A stretch of 32,000 nt of DNA from Methylorubrum extorquens (GTDB lineage: Bacteria > Pseudomonadota > Alphaproteobacteria > Rhizobiales > Beijerinckiaceae). Below the pieces are notes generated by a model that was given only the letters and a program-made list of their open reading frames with translations, searched no databases and was not told where the DNA came from. The translations under genes and the position numbers were made by a program. The stretch lies in the NCBI GenBank assembly GCA_900234795.1, contig LT962688.1, positions 3,990,001-4,022,000 of the forward strand, given 5' to 3'. Each line of letters begins with the position of its first letter. Positions within the stretch are counted from its first letter, which is position 1. Positions 1 through 7,715 of this stretch are shown piece by piece.

Positions 1-1
1 C

Positions 2-379
2 GTCGCGCGCCTGCGGGCGGCGCAGGTACTCGTGGTGCAGTTTCCGACCTGGTGCTTCGGCCCGCCGGCCATGCTCAAGGGCTTCATCGACCGGCTGATG
101 ATGCCGGGCGTCGCCTTTGACCTCTCCGATCCGCGGCATGTCCGGCCGACCCTCGACTCGCTGGAGCGGATCGTCGGCGTCGTCACCTACGGCCGCCCGC
201 GCTGGATGGCGTTGGCGATGCAGGACCCACCCCGCCGGATGGTGACGCGCTACCTCCGCTGGTTCGCCGCCCGCCGGGCCCGCGCCGAGTACCTCGCGCT
301 CTACCACCTGAACGTCGCGTCCGATGACCGCCGCCGCGCCTTCATCGAGCGCGTGCGGACGCGGATGGAGCGGCTTTGA
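2..379 (+). CDS. NAD(P)H dehydrogenase (quinone)/flavodoxin-like fold (Flavodoxin_2) protein, C-terminal part; 5' end lies outside the window
   Basis: The reading frame is open from the window edge. The translation ..LVVQFPTWCFGPPAMLKGFIDRLMMPGVAFD.. matches the conserved FQFPxWWfxxPAiLKGwiDR core of NQO/KefF-type flavodoxin-like oxidoreductases. Stop TGA at 377-379. Confidence 0.7.
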   Translation, partial: VARLRAAQVLVVQFPTWCFGPPAMLKGFIDRLMMPGVAFDLSDPRHVRPTLDSLERIVGVVTYGRPRWMALAMQDPPRRMVTRYLRWFAARRARAEYLALYHLNVASDDRRRAFIERVRTRMERL

Positions 380-418
380 GGCCAACGATCACCCGCATCC
401 CCTGACCGGAGTCCCGCC

Positions 419-1978
419 ATGCTGATGCATCGTCTCCTCACGCTCGGCGCCGAGCGCCATCCCGACCGGCCTGCCTTCCACTGGGTCGATCGCGACCGGG
501 GCCTGACCTATGCCGGCGCGGTCGATGCCATGGAGCGGATGGCGGGCGCCCTGCACGATGCGGGCGTGGGCAAGGGCGATCGGGTCACGATCTTCGCCCA
601 TAACGGGCTCGACTACATCGTGGCGATGTTGGGCGCCTGGCGAATCGGCGCCATCGCCGCCCTGGTGAACGTGAAGTTCGCCGACGAACTCACCGACTAC
701 TTCGCCGACCACACGCCGAGCGCGGTGGTCTACACCCACGACATGGAGGGGCAGGTCGCCGCGGCCTGCGCCGCCCTCGGCACGGTCCGCGCCCGCCTGT
801 GCATGGACGGCGCGCAGGACGGCGCCCTCTCCCTGCCGGAGATGCTGGTGGCCGGCCTGCCGGCGCCGCCCGATCCCGGCGACGAGACCGCCATCGCCCA
901 CCTCTCCTACACCTCGGGCACGACGGGTAAGCCGAAGGGCGCCTGCCTGCGCCATGAGCCGACCGTGCGAGCCTCCCGCTGCATCGGCGAGCGTCTGCGG
1001 CTGCGGCCGGGCGACGTCTCGTTCGGGCCCTCGGCACTCTCCAGCTCCTACCAGCTCGTTGCCAACCTGCTGCCGCCGCTCGCCGTCGGGGCCGCGATCA
1101 ACGTGATGCGCTTCTGGACGCGGGAGGGCGGCTACGACGCGCTCACCGCCCGTGGGGCGACCAGCCTCGTTGCCAACCCGCCGATCCTCGACGACGTGCT
1201 GCAGGAGGCCCGCCGACGCGGCGGCCCCCCGCCATCGCTGCGCCTCGGCATCTCCGGCGGCGGGCCGGTGCCGCCGACGCTCAAGGCGGCGTGGCGCGAC
1301 GAACTCGGCCTGCCGCTGGTGGAGAGCTACGGCCAGAGTGAACTCGGCGGCTTCGTCGGCCTCGGCTACCCGGAACTGGAGCCGGACGATGCCAAACTCG
1401 GGCGGGTCGGGCCGCCGCTGCCCGACAAGGAGGTCTTCATCCTCGGGCCCGACGACCGGGTGCTGCCGCCGGGCGAGATCGGCGAGATCGCGCTCACCGG
1501 CGGCTTCATGGCCGGCTACTGGGGCAAGCCGGACAAGACGGAAGCCGCGACCCGCGGCGGCTACCTGCGCACCGGCGATCTCGGGCTCCTCGATGCCGAG
1601 GGCTGCGTCACGCTGCGCAGCCGCCGGGCGGAACTCGTCGAGGTGGCCGGGCGCCTGTGGTATCCGCGCGACGTCGAGGAGGCGCTCGCAGCGCAGCCCG
1701 GCGTGGCGCAGGCGGCCCTGGTCGGTGTCGGCGACCCGGCGCTCGGCCAACGGCCGGTGGCCTTCGCCCAGGCCCAGCCCGGCGCCGCGCTCGATGCTGC
1801 GGCGTTGAAAGCCGCGATCACCGGCCGGGTCGCCTACGACCTCGACCCGCTCGTCCTCGTCGTCGTGCCCGAGATGCCGATGACCCCGACCGGCAAGATC
1901 GCCAAAGCCGATCTCGCCCGCTCCGACCTCGCGCGGAGGGCGGCCGAGAGCGCCGCCAAGAATGCGCAGGCAGCGTGA
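419..1978 (+). CDS. AMP-dependent synthetase/ligase (acyl-CoA synthetase family)
   Basis: 519-aa ORF with AMP-binding signature LSYTSGTTGKPKGA, later YLRTGDLG and C-terminal MTPTGKIAK motifs. GGAG lies about 8 nt upstream of ATG 419. Stop TGA 1976-1978 overlaps the next ATG (TGATG). Confidence 0.9.
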   Translation: MLMHRLLTLGAERHPDRPAFHWVDRDRGLTYAGAVDAMERMAGALHDAGVGKGDRVTIFAHNGLDYIVAMLGAWRIGAIAALVNVKFADELTDYFADHTPSAVVYTHDMEGQVAAACAALGTVRARLCMDGAQDGALSLPEMLVAGLPAPPDPGDETAIAHLSYTSGTTGKPKGACLRHEPTVRASRCIGERLRLRPGDVSFGPSALSSSYQLVANLLPPLAVGAAINVMRFWTREGGYDALTARGATSLVANPPILDDVLQEARRRGGPPPSLRLGISGGGPVPPTLKAAWRDELGLPLVESYGQSELGGFVGLGYPELEPDDAKLGRVGPPLPDKEVFILGPDDRVLPPGEIGEIALTGGFMAGYWGKPDKTEAATRGGYLRTGDLGLLDAEGCVTLRSRRAELVEVAGRLWYPRDVEEALAAQPGVAQAALVGVGDPALGQRPVAFAQAQPGAALDAAALKAAITGRVAYDLDPLVLVVVPEMPMTPTGKIAKADLARSDLARRAAESAAKNAQAA

Positions 1979-2799
1979 TGCGCCCCGCCTCGCGCTGGTG
2001 GTGGGGATCTGACCACGGAGGACTTTTCGCGCCTCGACTGGGGGCCGCTCGTCGCGATCCTGCCCGTGGCGGCGGTCGAGCAGCACGGGCCGCACCTGCC
2101 GGTACGGGTCGATGCGGCGATCAATGCCGGTATCCTCGCCCGCGCCGTGGCTCTGATGCCCGACGACCTGCCGGCCCTGGTCCTGCCGATGCTGCCCATC
2201 GGCAAGTCGAACGAGCATCATGCCTTCCCCGGCACGCTCAGCCTCTCCCACGAGACCCTGGCGCGCCTGTGGATCGAGACCGCCGAGAGCGTGCACCGCG
2301 CCGGCTGCCGCCGCCTCCTCATCCTCAACAGCCATGGCGGGCAGCCGCAGGTGATGGAGATTGTCAGCCGCGAGTTGCGGGTGCGGCTCGGCATGCTCGC
2401 GGTCGGGTGTGGCTGGGGCGGGGTGACGCCGATGGACGACCTGTTCTCGCAGGCCGAGCGGCGCCACGGCATCCATGGCGGCGAGATCGAGACCAGCGCG
2501 ATGCTGGCGCTCCACCCCGACCTCGTGCGGATGGAGCGGGCGGACGACTTCGTGCCGCTCTCGGTCGAGATGGAACGGGCCGGCGGCCTGCTGACGCCGG
2601 AAGGCCGGGTCGGCTTCGGTTGGATGGCGCAGGATCTTCACCCGTCCGGCGTCAGCGGCAACGCGGCGGCGGCAGATGCCCGGCGCGGGGCCGAACTGGT
2701 GGAGCGCGCGCCGCCGCGGGCGTGGTGCGGCTGGTGCGCGAGATCGCGGATTTCCCGCTCGAGCGGCTGGGTTCCGGAACCGCCTTCGATGCCCGCTGA
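1978..2799 (+). pseudogene. Creatininase-family amidohydrolase with two apparent compensating frameshifts (or two sequencing indels)
   Basis: The core (about 2006-2710, frame of ORF 2066..4432) reads DLTTEDFSRLDWGPLVAILPVAAVEQHGPHLPV...LILNSHGGQ...HGGEIETS, which is typical of the creatininase fold. The only canonical start upstream of this conserved N-terminus is ATG 1978 (MRPASRWWW) in another frame, coupled to the upstream stop. The expected C-terminal helix AAAGVVRLVREIADFPLERLGSGTAFDAR* is again in that other frame and ends at TGA 2797-2799. Total length is 822 nt (273 aa), normal for the family. Confidence 0.6.
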
Positions 2800-4432
2800 C
2801 CCGCTCCTGCCGGTCGCCGAACCCGCCACGGCGACGCTGACCCTTCCCGACGGCGTCGTTCTCGCCGCCGATGTCTGGCGCCCGGCCGGGCCCGGCCGCC
2901 ATCCCGTCCTCCTCATGCGCCAGCCCTACGGCCGCGCCATCGCCTCGACGCTGACCCTGGCCCATCCCGCCTGGTACGCCGCCCGCGGCTACATCGTCGT
3001 GGTTCAGGACGTGCGCGGGCGCGGCGGCAGCGGCGGCGCCTTCCACCTGTTCGAGCACGAGGCCGAGGATGGCGCGGCGACCCTCGCCTGGGCGGCGGAT
3101 CTGCCCGGATCGGACGGCCGGGTCGCGACCTACGGCTTCAGCTATCAGGCGGTGACGCAGTTCCTTGCGCTGGCGGGCGCCCTGCGCGGGGGCACCAAGC
3201 GGCCCGACGCGATCGTGCCGGCGATGGGCGGCTGGAGCATCCGCGACGACTGGGCCTATACCGGCGGCGCCTTTGGCCTTGCCGGCAATATCGGCTGGGT
3301 CTGCCAGATGGGCGCCGAGGCCGCCCGGCTCCGGGGCGACGCCGCCGCCTTCGCGGCGCTCGGCGCGGCGGCGCGCGGCACGCCCTGGAGCGGACCCGTC
3401 GCGGCCCATCCCGAGGCGCTCGCGGCCCACGCCACCGACCACCACTATTTCGACTGGCTCGGCGACGATCCGGCCCTTTGGGACCGGATCGCCCCGGCCC
3501 GCCGCCTCGCGGGGCGCGACCTCGCCGTGCCCGGCCTGCATGTCGGCGGCTGGCAGGATTTCCTGCTCGACGGCACGCTCGGCGCCTACGACGCCTTCTG
3601 CACCGGGCCGGCGCCGCAGCGTCTGCTGATCGGGCCCTGGACGCATTCCCCCTGGGGCCGCCGGGTCGGCAGCCTGGATCTCGGGCCGGAGGCGGTCACG
3701 CCGGTCGATACCGCGACGGTCGCCTTCCTCGATCACGTGCTGCACGGGTGCGAGGATCCGGGTCCGCCGGTCCGGCTCTTCGACGTGGGGGCTCGCGATT
3801 GGGCCAGTTTTTCCGAATGGCCGAACCCCGAACCGACGGCGCTGTATCTCGCCTCGGACGGCCTCGCCGCGACCGCTGCGAGCGGCCGCCTCGTGGCGGC
3901 GCCGGGGGAGGCCGGCGAGGACCGCCTCGTGCACGATCCCTGGCGTCCTGCACCGGTCGCCGGCGGGCCCTGGGGGACGCCGCCGGGCTATCAGGACCGC
4001 GCCGCCCTCGACGACCGCAGCGACGTCGCGGTCTATGACGGCCCGGTGATCGCCGCGCCCCTGCAGCTCGCCGGCCGCGTCGCGGCGGAGGTGTTCGTAA
4101 AAACCGCGGCGGCGAGCCACGACCTGCACGCCACGCTCTCCCTCGTGGAGCCGGACGGACGCGCCGTCACCCTCACCGCCGGCCATCTGCGGGTGGTCGA
4201 GGCCGCCCCCGGCCCACGGCGCCTCGCCATGCGGGGCCTGTGCTGCACGCTGTACCCCGGACAGCGCCTGCGCCTGTCGCTCCAGGCCGCCGCCTGGCCA
4301 GCCTTCGCCGTCAATCCCGGAACCGGGAGCTGCCCGGAGGTGACCCCAGCGATGCAGGCGCAGGTGATCGTTCTCGCCCTGCGCCACGGTGCCGAGCGGC
4401 CGTCGCGGCTGCTGCTGCCGGTGCTCGGGTGA
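2789..4432 (+). CDS. CocE/NonD family hydrolase (peptidase S15 / X-Pro dipeptidyl-peptidase-like alpha/beta hydrolase)
   Basis: ATG 2789 gives MPADPLLPV..LTLPDGVVLAADVWRPAGPGRHPVLLMRQPYGR..YIVVVQDVRGRGGSGG..TYGFSYQAV (nucleophile elbow), followed by a long C-terminal beta-domain. This is the typical CocE/NonD layout. It overlaps the inferred creatininase stop by 11 nt. The ORF track fuses it to the upstream gene only because the upstream frame is shifted. Confidence 0.8.
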   Translation: MPADPLLPVAEPATATLTLPDGVVLAADVWRPAGPGRHPVLLMRQPYGRAIASTLTLAHPAWYAARGYIVVVQDVRGRGGSGGAFHLFEHEAEDGAATLAWAADLPGSDGRVATYGFSYQAVTQFLALAGALRGGTKRPDAIVPAMGGWSIRDDWAYTGGAFGLAGNIGWVCQMGAEAARLRGDAAAFAALGAAARGTPWSGPVAAHPEALAAHATDHHYFDWLGDDPALWDRIAPARRLAGRDLAVPGLHVGGWQDFLLDGTLGAYDAFCTGPAPQRLLIGPWTHSPWGRRVGSLDLGPEAVTPVDTATVAFLDHVLHGCEDPGPPVRLFDVGARDWASFSEWPNPEPTALYLASDGLAATAASGRLVAAPGEAGEDRLVHDPWRPAPVAGGPWGTPPGYQDRAALDDRSDVAVYDGPVIAAPLQLAGRVAAEVFVKTAAASHDLHATLSLVEPDGRAVTLTAGHLRVVEAAPGPRRLAMRGLCCTLYPGQRLRLSLQAAAWPAFAVNPGTGSCPEVTPAMQAQVIVLALRHGAERPSRLLLPVLG

Positions 4433-4520
4433 GCCGCATGATCGGTCCCGACGGCACGGCCCTTGCTGACGCCGATCAGTGCAAACGGTGGCCGCGACGG
4501 CCCCCGCGGGAGCCTCGACA

Positions 4521-4727
4521 ATGCGCGTGAAACGGGCCTTTTTCGGCCTCAGCCTACCCCTCCTCGCTTGGTTCGTCGCAGCCTTCTGCCTCGGCAGCGG
4601 CGTCGCCACGGCGCCCGGTGCCCGTGCGCAGGGCACGGTGACGCCACCGGCCGGCCAATCGCGCGCCACCGCTCCGGGCGGGCGGCGCGGAAAGGCTGCC
4701 CGTTCGCACCGGAAGCGTCATCGGTAA
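4521..4727 (+). CDS. Small secreted Pro/Gly/Ala-rich protein (hypothetical), paralog of the next ORF
   Basis: ATG 4521 gives MRVKRAFFGLSLPLLAWFVAAFCLGSGVATAPGARA/QG, a Sec-type signal peptide. The mature part, QGTVTPPAGQSRATAPGG, parallels QGSTGAPAGQPGATAPGG in the neighbouring ORF. It ends in a basic tail. Confidence 0.4.
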   Translation: MRVKRAFFGLSLPLLAWFVAAFCLGSGVATAPGARAQGTVTPPAGQSRATAPGGRRGKAARSHRKRHR

Positions 4728-4798
4728 GGCGCTTCCTGGGGTTCCTGCCACCCGGCGACATCGCGCGCCCCCTCCTCCGCAACCGGAAAGTTCGTCCC

Positions 4799-5080
4799 AT
4801 GCGTACCATCACGACAGCCACGCTCGCCCTGGGCGTCCTCGCGGGCCTGGGAGTGGGCCTGAGCAGTGCGGCCTTCGCTCAAGGATCGACCGGCGCCCCG
4901 GCCGGTCAGCCGGGGGCAACCGCCCCGGGCGGCACGGAAGGGGCCGCCGCCCTCTCGAACGAGCAGGAGGCGATCCGCTCGGGCGAGGCGATCCCGGCGA
5001 CGCCCGGCACCGGCGTGCCGATCGAGACGGCCCCGCCCCCGGCCGAGGAGCGCCATCGGGCGCACCCGCCGCGGCCCTGA
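4799..5080 (+). CDS. Small secreted Pro/Gly/Ala-rich protein (hypothetical)
   Basis: ATG 4799 gives MRTITTATLALGVLAGLGVGLSSAAFA/QG, a signal peptide with an AxA cleavage motif, followed by a low-complexity P/G/A-rich mature region. A strong terminator follows immediately. Confidence 0.5.
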   Translation: MRTITTATLALGVLAGLGVGLSSAAFAQGSTGAPAGQPGATAPGGTEGAAALSNEQEAIRSGEAIPATPGTGVPIETAPPPAEERHRAHPPRP

Positions 5081-5096
5081 CCGGCATCGAAACGCG

Positions 5097-5137
5097 AAGA
5101 GGCGCCGCCGGATCGCTCCGGCGGCGCCTCTTCTTTT
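5097..5137. terminator. Rho-independent, probably bidirectional terminator between convergent genes
   Basis: Perfect 16-bp stem: AAGAGGCGCCGCCGGA (5097-5112), loop TCGC, TCCGGCGGCGCCTCTT (5117-5132), then CTTTT (5133-5137). It lies between the stop at 5080 (+) and the stop at 5157 (-). Confidence 0.8.
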
Positions 5138-5156
5138 AGGGCCTTCGCGCCCGCTT

Positions 5157-6230
5157 CTACTGCGTCAGCCGGTCGTCGATTCCCTTCACGTACCAGTTCA
5201 TGCCGAGGATCATCGGGTCGGGGGCTTGCTCGCCCTCCTTCACCGCGACCGAGCCGTCCTGCTTGAGCACCGGCCCCTGGAACGGGTGGATCTTGCCCTC
5301 GACGATCCCCTTCTTGGTCTCCTCGGCCAGCGCCTTCACGTCGTCGGGCATGTTGGTGAAGGGTGCCAGCACGACCATGCCGTCCTTGATGCCGGCCCAG
5401 GTGTCCCCGCTCTTCCACGTGCCGTCGAGAACGGCCTTGGTCTCGGCAATGACGTAGCCGTTCCAGTCGTCGACGATCGAGGTGAGCTGCGCCTTCGGGG
5501 CGAAGCGGTACTGGTCGGAGGACTGGCCGAAGGCGAGCTTTCCGGCCTTCTCTGCCTCCTGCAGCGGCGCGGCGGAATCGGTGTGCTGGGTCAGGATGTC
5601 GGCGCCCTGGGCCAGCAAGGCCTTGGCCGCCTCCGCCTCCTTGCCGGGATCGAACCACGTGTTCACCCAGACGATCTTGATCTTGATGTCCGGGTTGACC
5701 GACTGCGCGCCGAGCATGAAGGCGTTAATGCCGCTCACGACTTCGGGGATCGGGAAGGAGGCGATGTAGCCGACGGTGCCCGACTTCGACAGCTTGCCGG
5801 CGATCTTCCCGCAGATGTAGCGGCCCTCGTAGAAGCGGGCCGAGTAGGTGGAGACGTTGTCGGCCCGCTTGTAGCCGGTGGCGTGGGCGAACTTCACCTT
5901 GGGGAATTTCTTGGCGACCTTCAGGGTCGGCTCCATGAAGCCGAAGGAGGTCGTGAAGATCAGGCCGGCGCCCGAGCGGGCGAGCTTCTCGATCGAGCGC
6001 TCGCTGTCGGCCTCGGGCACGTTTTCGAGGAAGGTCGTCTCGACCTTGCCGGGCAGCGCCTCGGCCAGCGCCTTGCGGCTGAGGTCGTGCTGGTAGGAAT
6101 AGCCGTAATCGGCGACCGGGCCGACATAGACGAAGCCCACCTTGAGCTTGTCCGCCGCCCGCGCCGGAGCCGCCGCGATGGCCGCGCACAGGAGTGCCCC
6201 GGCCACGCGCGTGACGATGCTGCCCATCAT
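5157..6230 (-). CDS. BMP-family (Med/PnrA-like) ABC transporter substrate-binding protein, orphan copy
   Basis: Start ATG at 6230 gives MMGSIVTRVAGALLCAAIAAAPARA/ADKLKVGFVYVGPVADYGYSYQHD.., a signal peptide plus the conserved BMP N-terminal motif. AGGGG lies upstream. The 445-aa ORF in the track extends upstream as non-coding-looking sequence. Confidence 0.85.
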   Translation of the reverse strand: MMGSIVTRVAGALLCAAIAAAPARAADKLKVGFVYVGPVADYGYSYQHDLSRKALAEALPGKVETTFLENVPEADSERSIEKLARSGAGLIFTTSFGFMEPTLKVAKKFPKVKFAHATGYKRADNVSTYSARFYEGRYICGKIAGKLSKSGTVGYIASFPIPEVVSGINAFMLGAQSVNPDIKIKIVWVNTWFDPGKEAEAAKALLAQGADILTQHTDSAAPLQEAEKAGKLAFGQSSDQYRFAPKAQLTSIVDDWNGYVIAETKAVLDGTWKSGDTWAGIKDGMVVLAPFTNMPDDVKALAEETKKGIVEGKIHPFQGPVLKQDGSVAVKEGEQAPDPMILGMNWYVKGIDDRLTQ

Positions 6231-6566
6231 GAGTGTCTGCCCCTTTTCGACGGCGTTGTCCGCCGCGGCTTGCCGGCGCCGCGCATGGGCGCCCGGGGGA
6301 ATTTCAGAGCAAGACCAGGGCCAGGAGGGGGCGCGGGAGACGCTGAGCGGATGCTGACGCATCCCATCGATGACCATCAGCGGTTCGGCTGGTCTTTGAG
6401 CATGGAGATCAATGCGCCGGTCGGGCGTCAAAGCCATGCTGATCCCGCAATGCCGGGCAGCGGGCCCCTGTGGCGATCGCTGACGCGAGGGCACGCCCGC
6501 GCGCTTGGCAGGCCGTCATCGAGCGCGGCTCGATCCTACGGATCGGGTCGCACGGAGCATCGGACC

Positions 6567-7379
6567 ATGGATGACCTCGTCCTTCGCATCATCATCTTCG
6601 CGATCGTTGGCTTAGTCTCCGGTTTCATATCCGGATTGTTCGGCATCGGCGGCAGCACCGTGCGCCTGCCCATTTTCATTTATCTGCTTCCCTGGGTCGG
6701 TATCGGGCAATCGGTCCTGATGCACGTGGCATCGGCAACATCCATGGCGCTGGTCATACCCAGTGCGATCACCGCGACCCGCAAGCAATATGCCCTCGGG
6801 AACCTCGATGTCGGGTTTTACAAGACATGGGTGATCGGTCTCTTCATCGGCGTTGCCTTAGGGGCAATCTTGCTTCCGCATGGATCGACCGAAATCCTGC
6901 AGACCCTGTTTGCGGTCTATATCCTTCTGGTCGGCTTCTACATCGCTTTCGGCCGTGGACGCTTTTCGTCCAGAAGTGAGCCGCCGTCGGGCAGCAAGAG
7001 GATCGGCATCGCTTCGTTCGTCGGGCTCGTGGCGGCTTTGACTGGAACAAGTGGCGGTACACTGACGACACCGATCCTGAGCACCTGCGGGCTCGCTCTC
7101 GAAAAGGCGATCGCGATCGCCTCCGCCACCGGACTGGTAACCGGAAGCATCGCGACGATCGGAGGCATCCTTTCCGGATGGCATGCCCCGGATCGACCCT
7201 CCTATTCGCTCGGCTACGTGTACCTCGTCATCTTCGTCGTGATGATGCCGACGGTGATGATCAGCGCGCCCTGGGGCGTCTCCGTCGGCGAGAAGTTCAG
7301 CGAGACGACGCTGCAGCGGACCTATGCCGCGTTGCTGATCCTGGTCGGCTTGGATCTCCTGCGGCGGCTGGCGTTCTGA
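6567..7379 (+). CDS. TauE/SafE (DUF81) family anion/sulfite exporter membrane protein
   Basis: ATG 6567 gives MDDLVLRIIIFAIVGLVSGFISGLFGIGGSTVRLP.. and, in the second half, a repeated TGTSGGTLTTP motif. Multiple hydrophobic spans give the typical 2x4-TM DUF81 organisation. The gene is visibly lower in GC than its neighbours. Confidence 0.85.
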   Translation: MDDLVLRIIIFAIVGLVSGFISGLFGIGGSTVRLPIFIYLLPWVGIGQSVLMHVASATSMALVIPSAITATRKQYALGNLDVGFYKTWVIGLFIGVALGAILLPHGSTEILQTLFAVYILLVGFYIAFGRGRFSSRSEPPSGSKRIGIASFVGLVAALTGTSGGTLTTPILSTCGLALEKAIAIASATGLVTGSIATIGGILSGWHAPDRPSYSLGYVYLVIFVVMMPTVMISAPWGVSVGEKFSETTLQRTYAALLILVGLDLLRRLAF

Positions 7380-7715
7380 CCCACAAGTGCGGGGCTTCGT
7401 GTCGGTGACCCTGGATCGCCGGCAGACCAGATCTGGCAAGGTCACGGGCGGTCGCCGAGCGATGAGTGCGGCCGGACGCGGCTGGAGATGTGCTGCCAGA
7501 GGCCAGTGACGGCCTGCGGATGCCGGGATCACGGCACTCAGGTCCCCATCTTGTCGTGCAGCGGACCTTCCGAGCCGTGGTCGCGAAGGTCTGGAAGGGG
7601 TTCGGACGCTTGGAGCGAGCTTGGATGGGCAGCAAGCTCCGCGCGGGGCCGAAAGCGGCCCGGTCCACGGTCAGATGGTTGAGATTGCCCCGACCAACCT
7701 GACGGCGTCCCCAGC

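Noticed and set aside
2066-4432. 788-aa ORF as a genuine creatininase-CocE/NonD fusion protein
   Set aside because: The linker (..ERAPPRAWCGWCARSRISRSSGWVPEPPS..) looks like out-of-frame translation. The alternative frame gives a family-typical C-terminal helix and a stop at 2799, and a good ATG (2789) starts the CocE part. GTG 2066 would also delete the conserved N-terminal strand.
389-4669. 1426-aa ORF on the minus strand covering the first 4 kb
   Set aside because: It is antisense to three recognisable plus-strand genes. Its translation is Arg/Gly/Ala/Pro-rich low-complexity sequence with no motifs. It is a typical stop-codon-poor shadow ORF of high-GC DNA.
4866-6566. N-terminal 567 aa of the 837-aa ORF 4866..7379
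   Set aside because: It overlaps the BMP SBP gene in antisense and has no motifs. The TauE/SafE sequence starts at ATG 6567.
7380-7715. Possible gene or terminator in the 335-nt convergent spacer
   Set aside because: No frame gives a recognisable protein. The only neat hairpin, GGGCCG-AAAG-CGGCCC (7646-7661), lacks a T-tract on either strand, so I do not call it a terminator.
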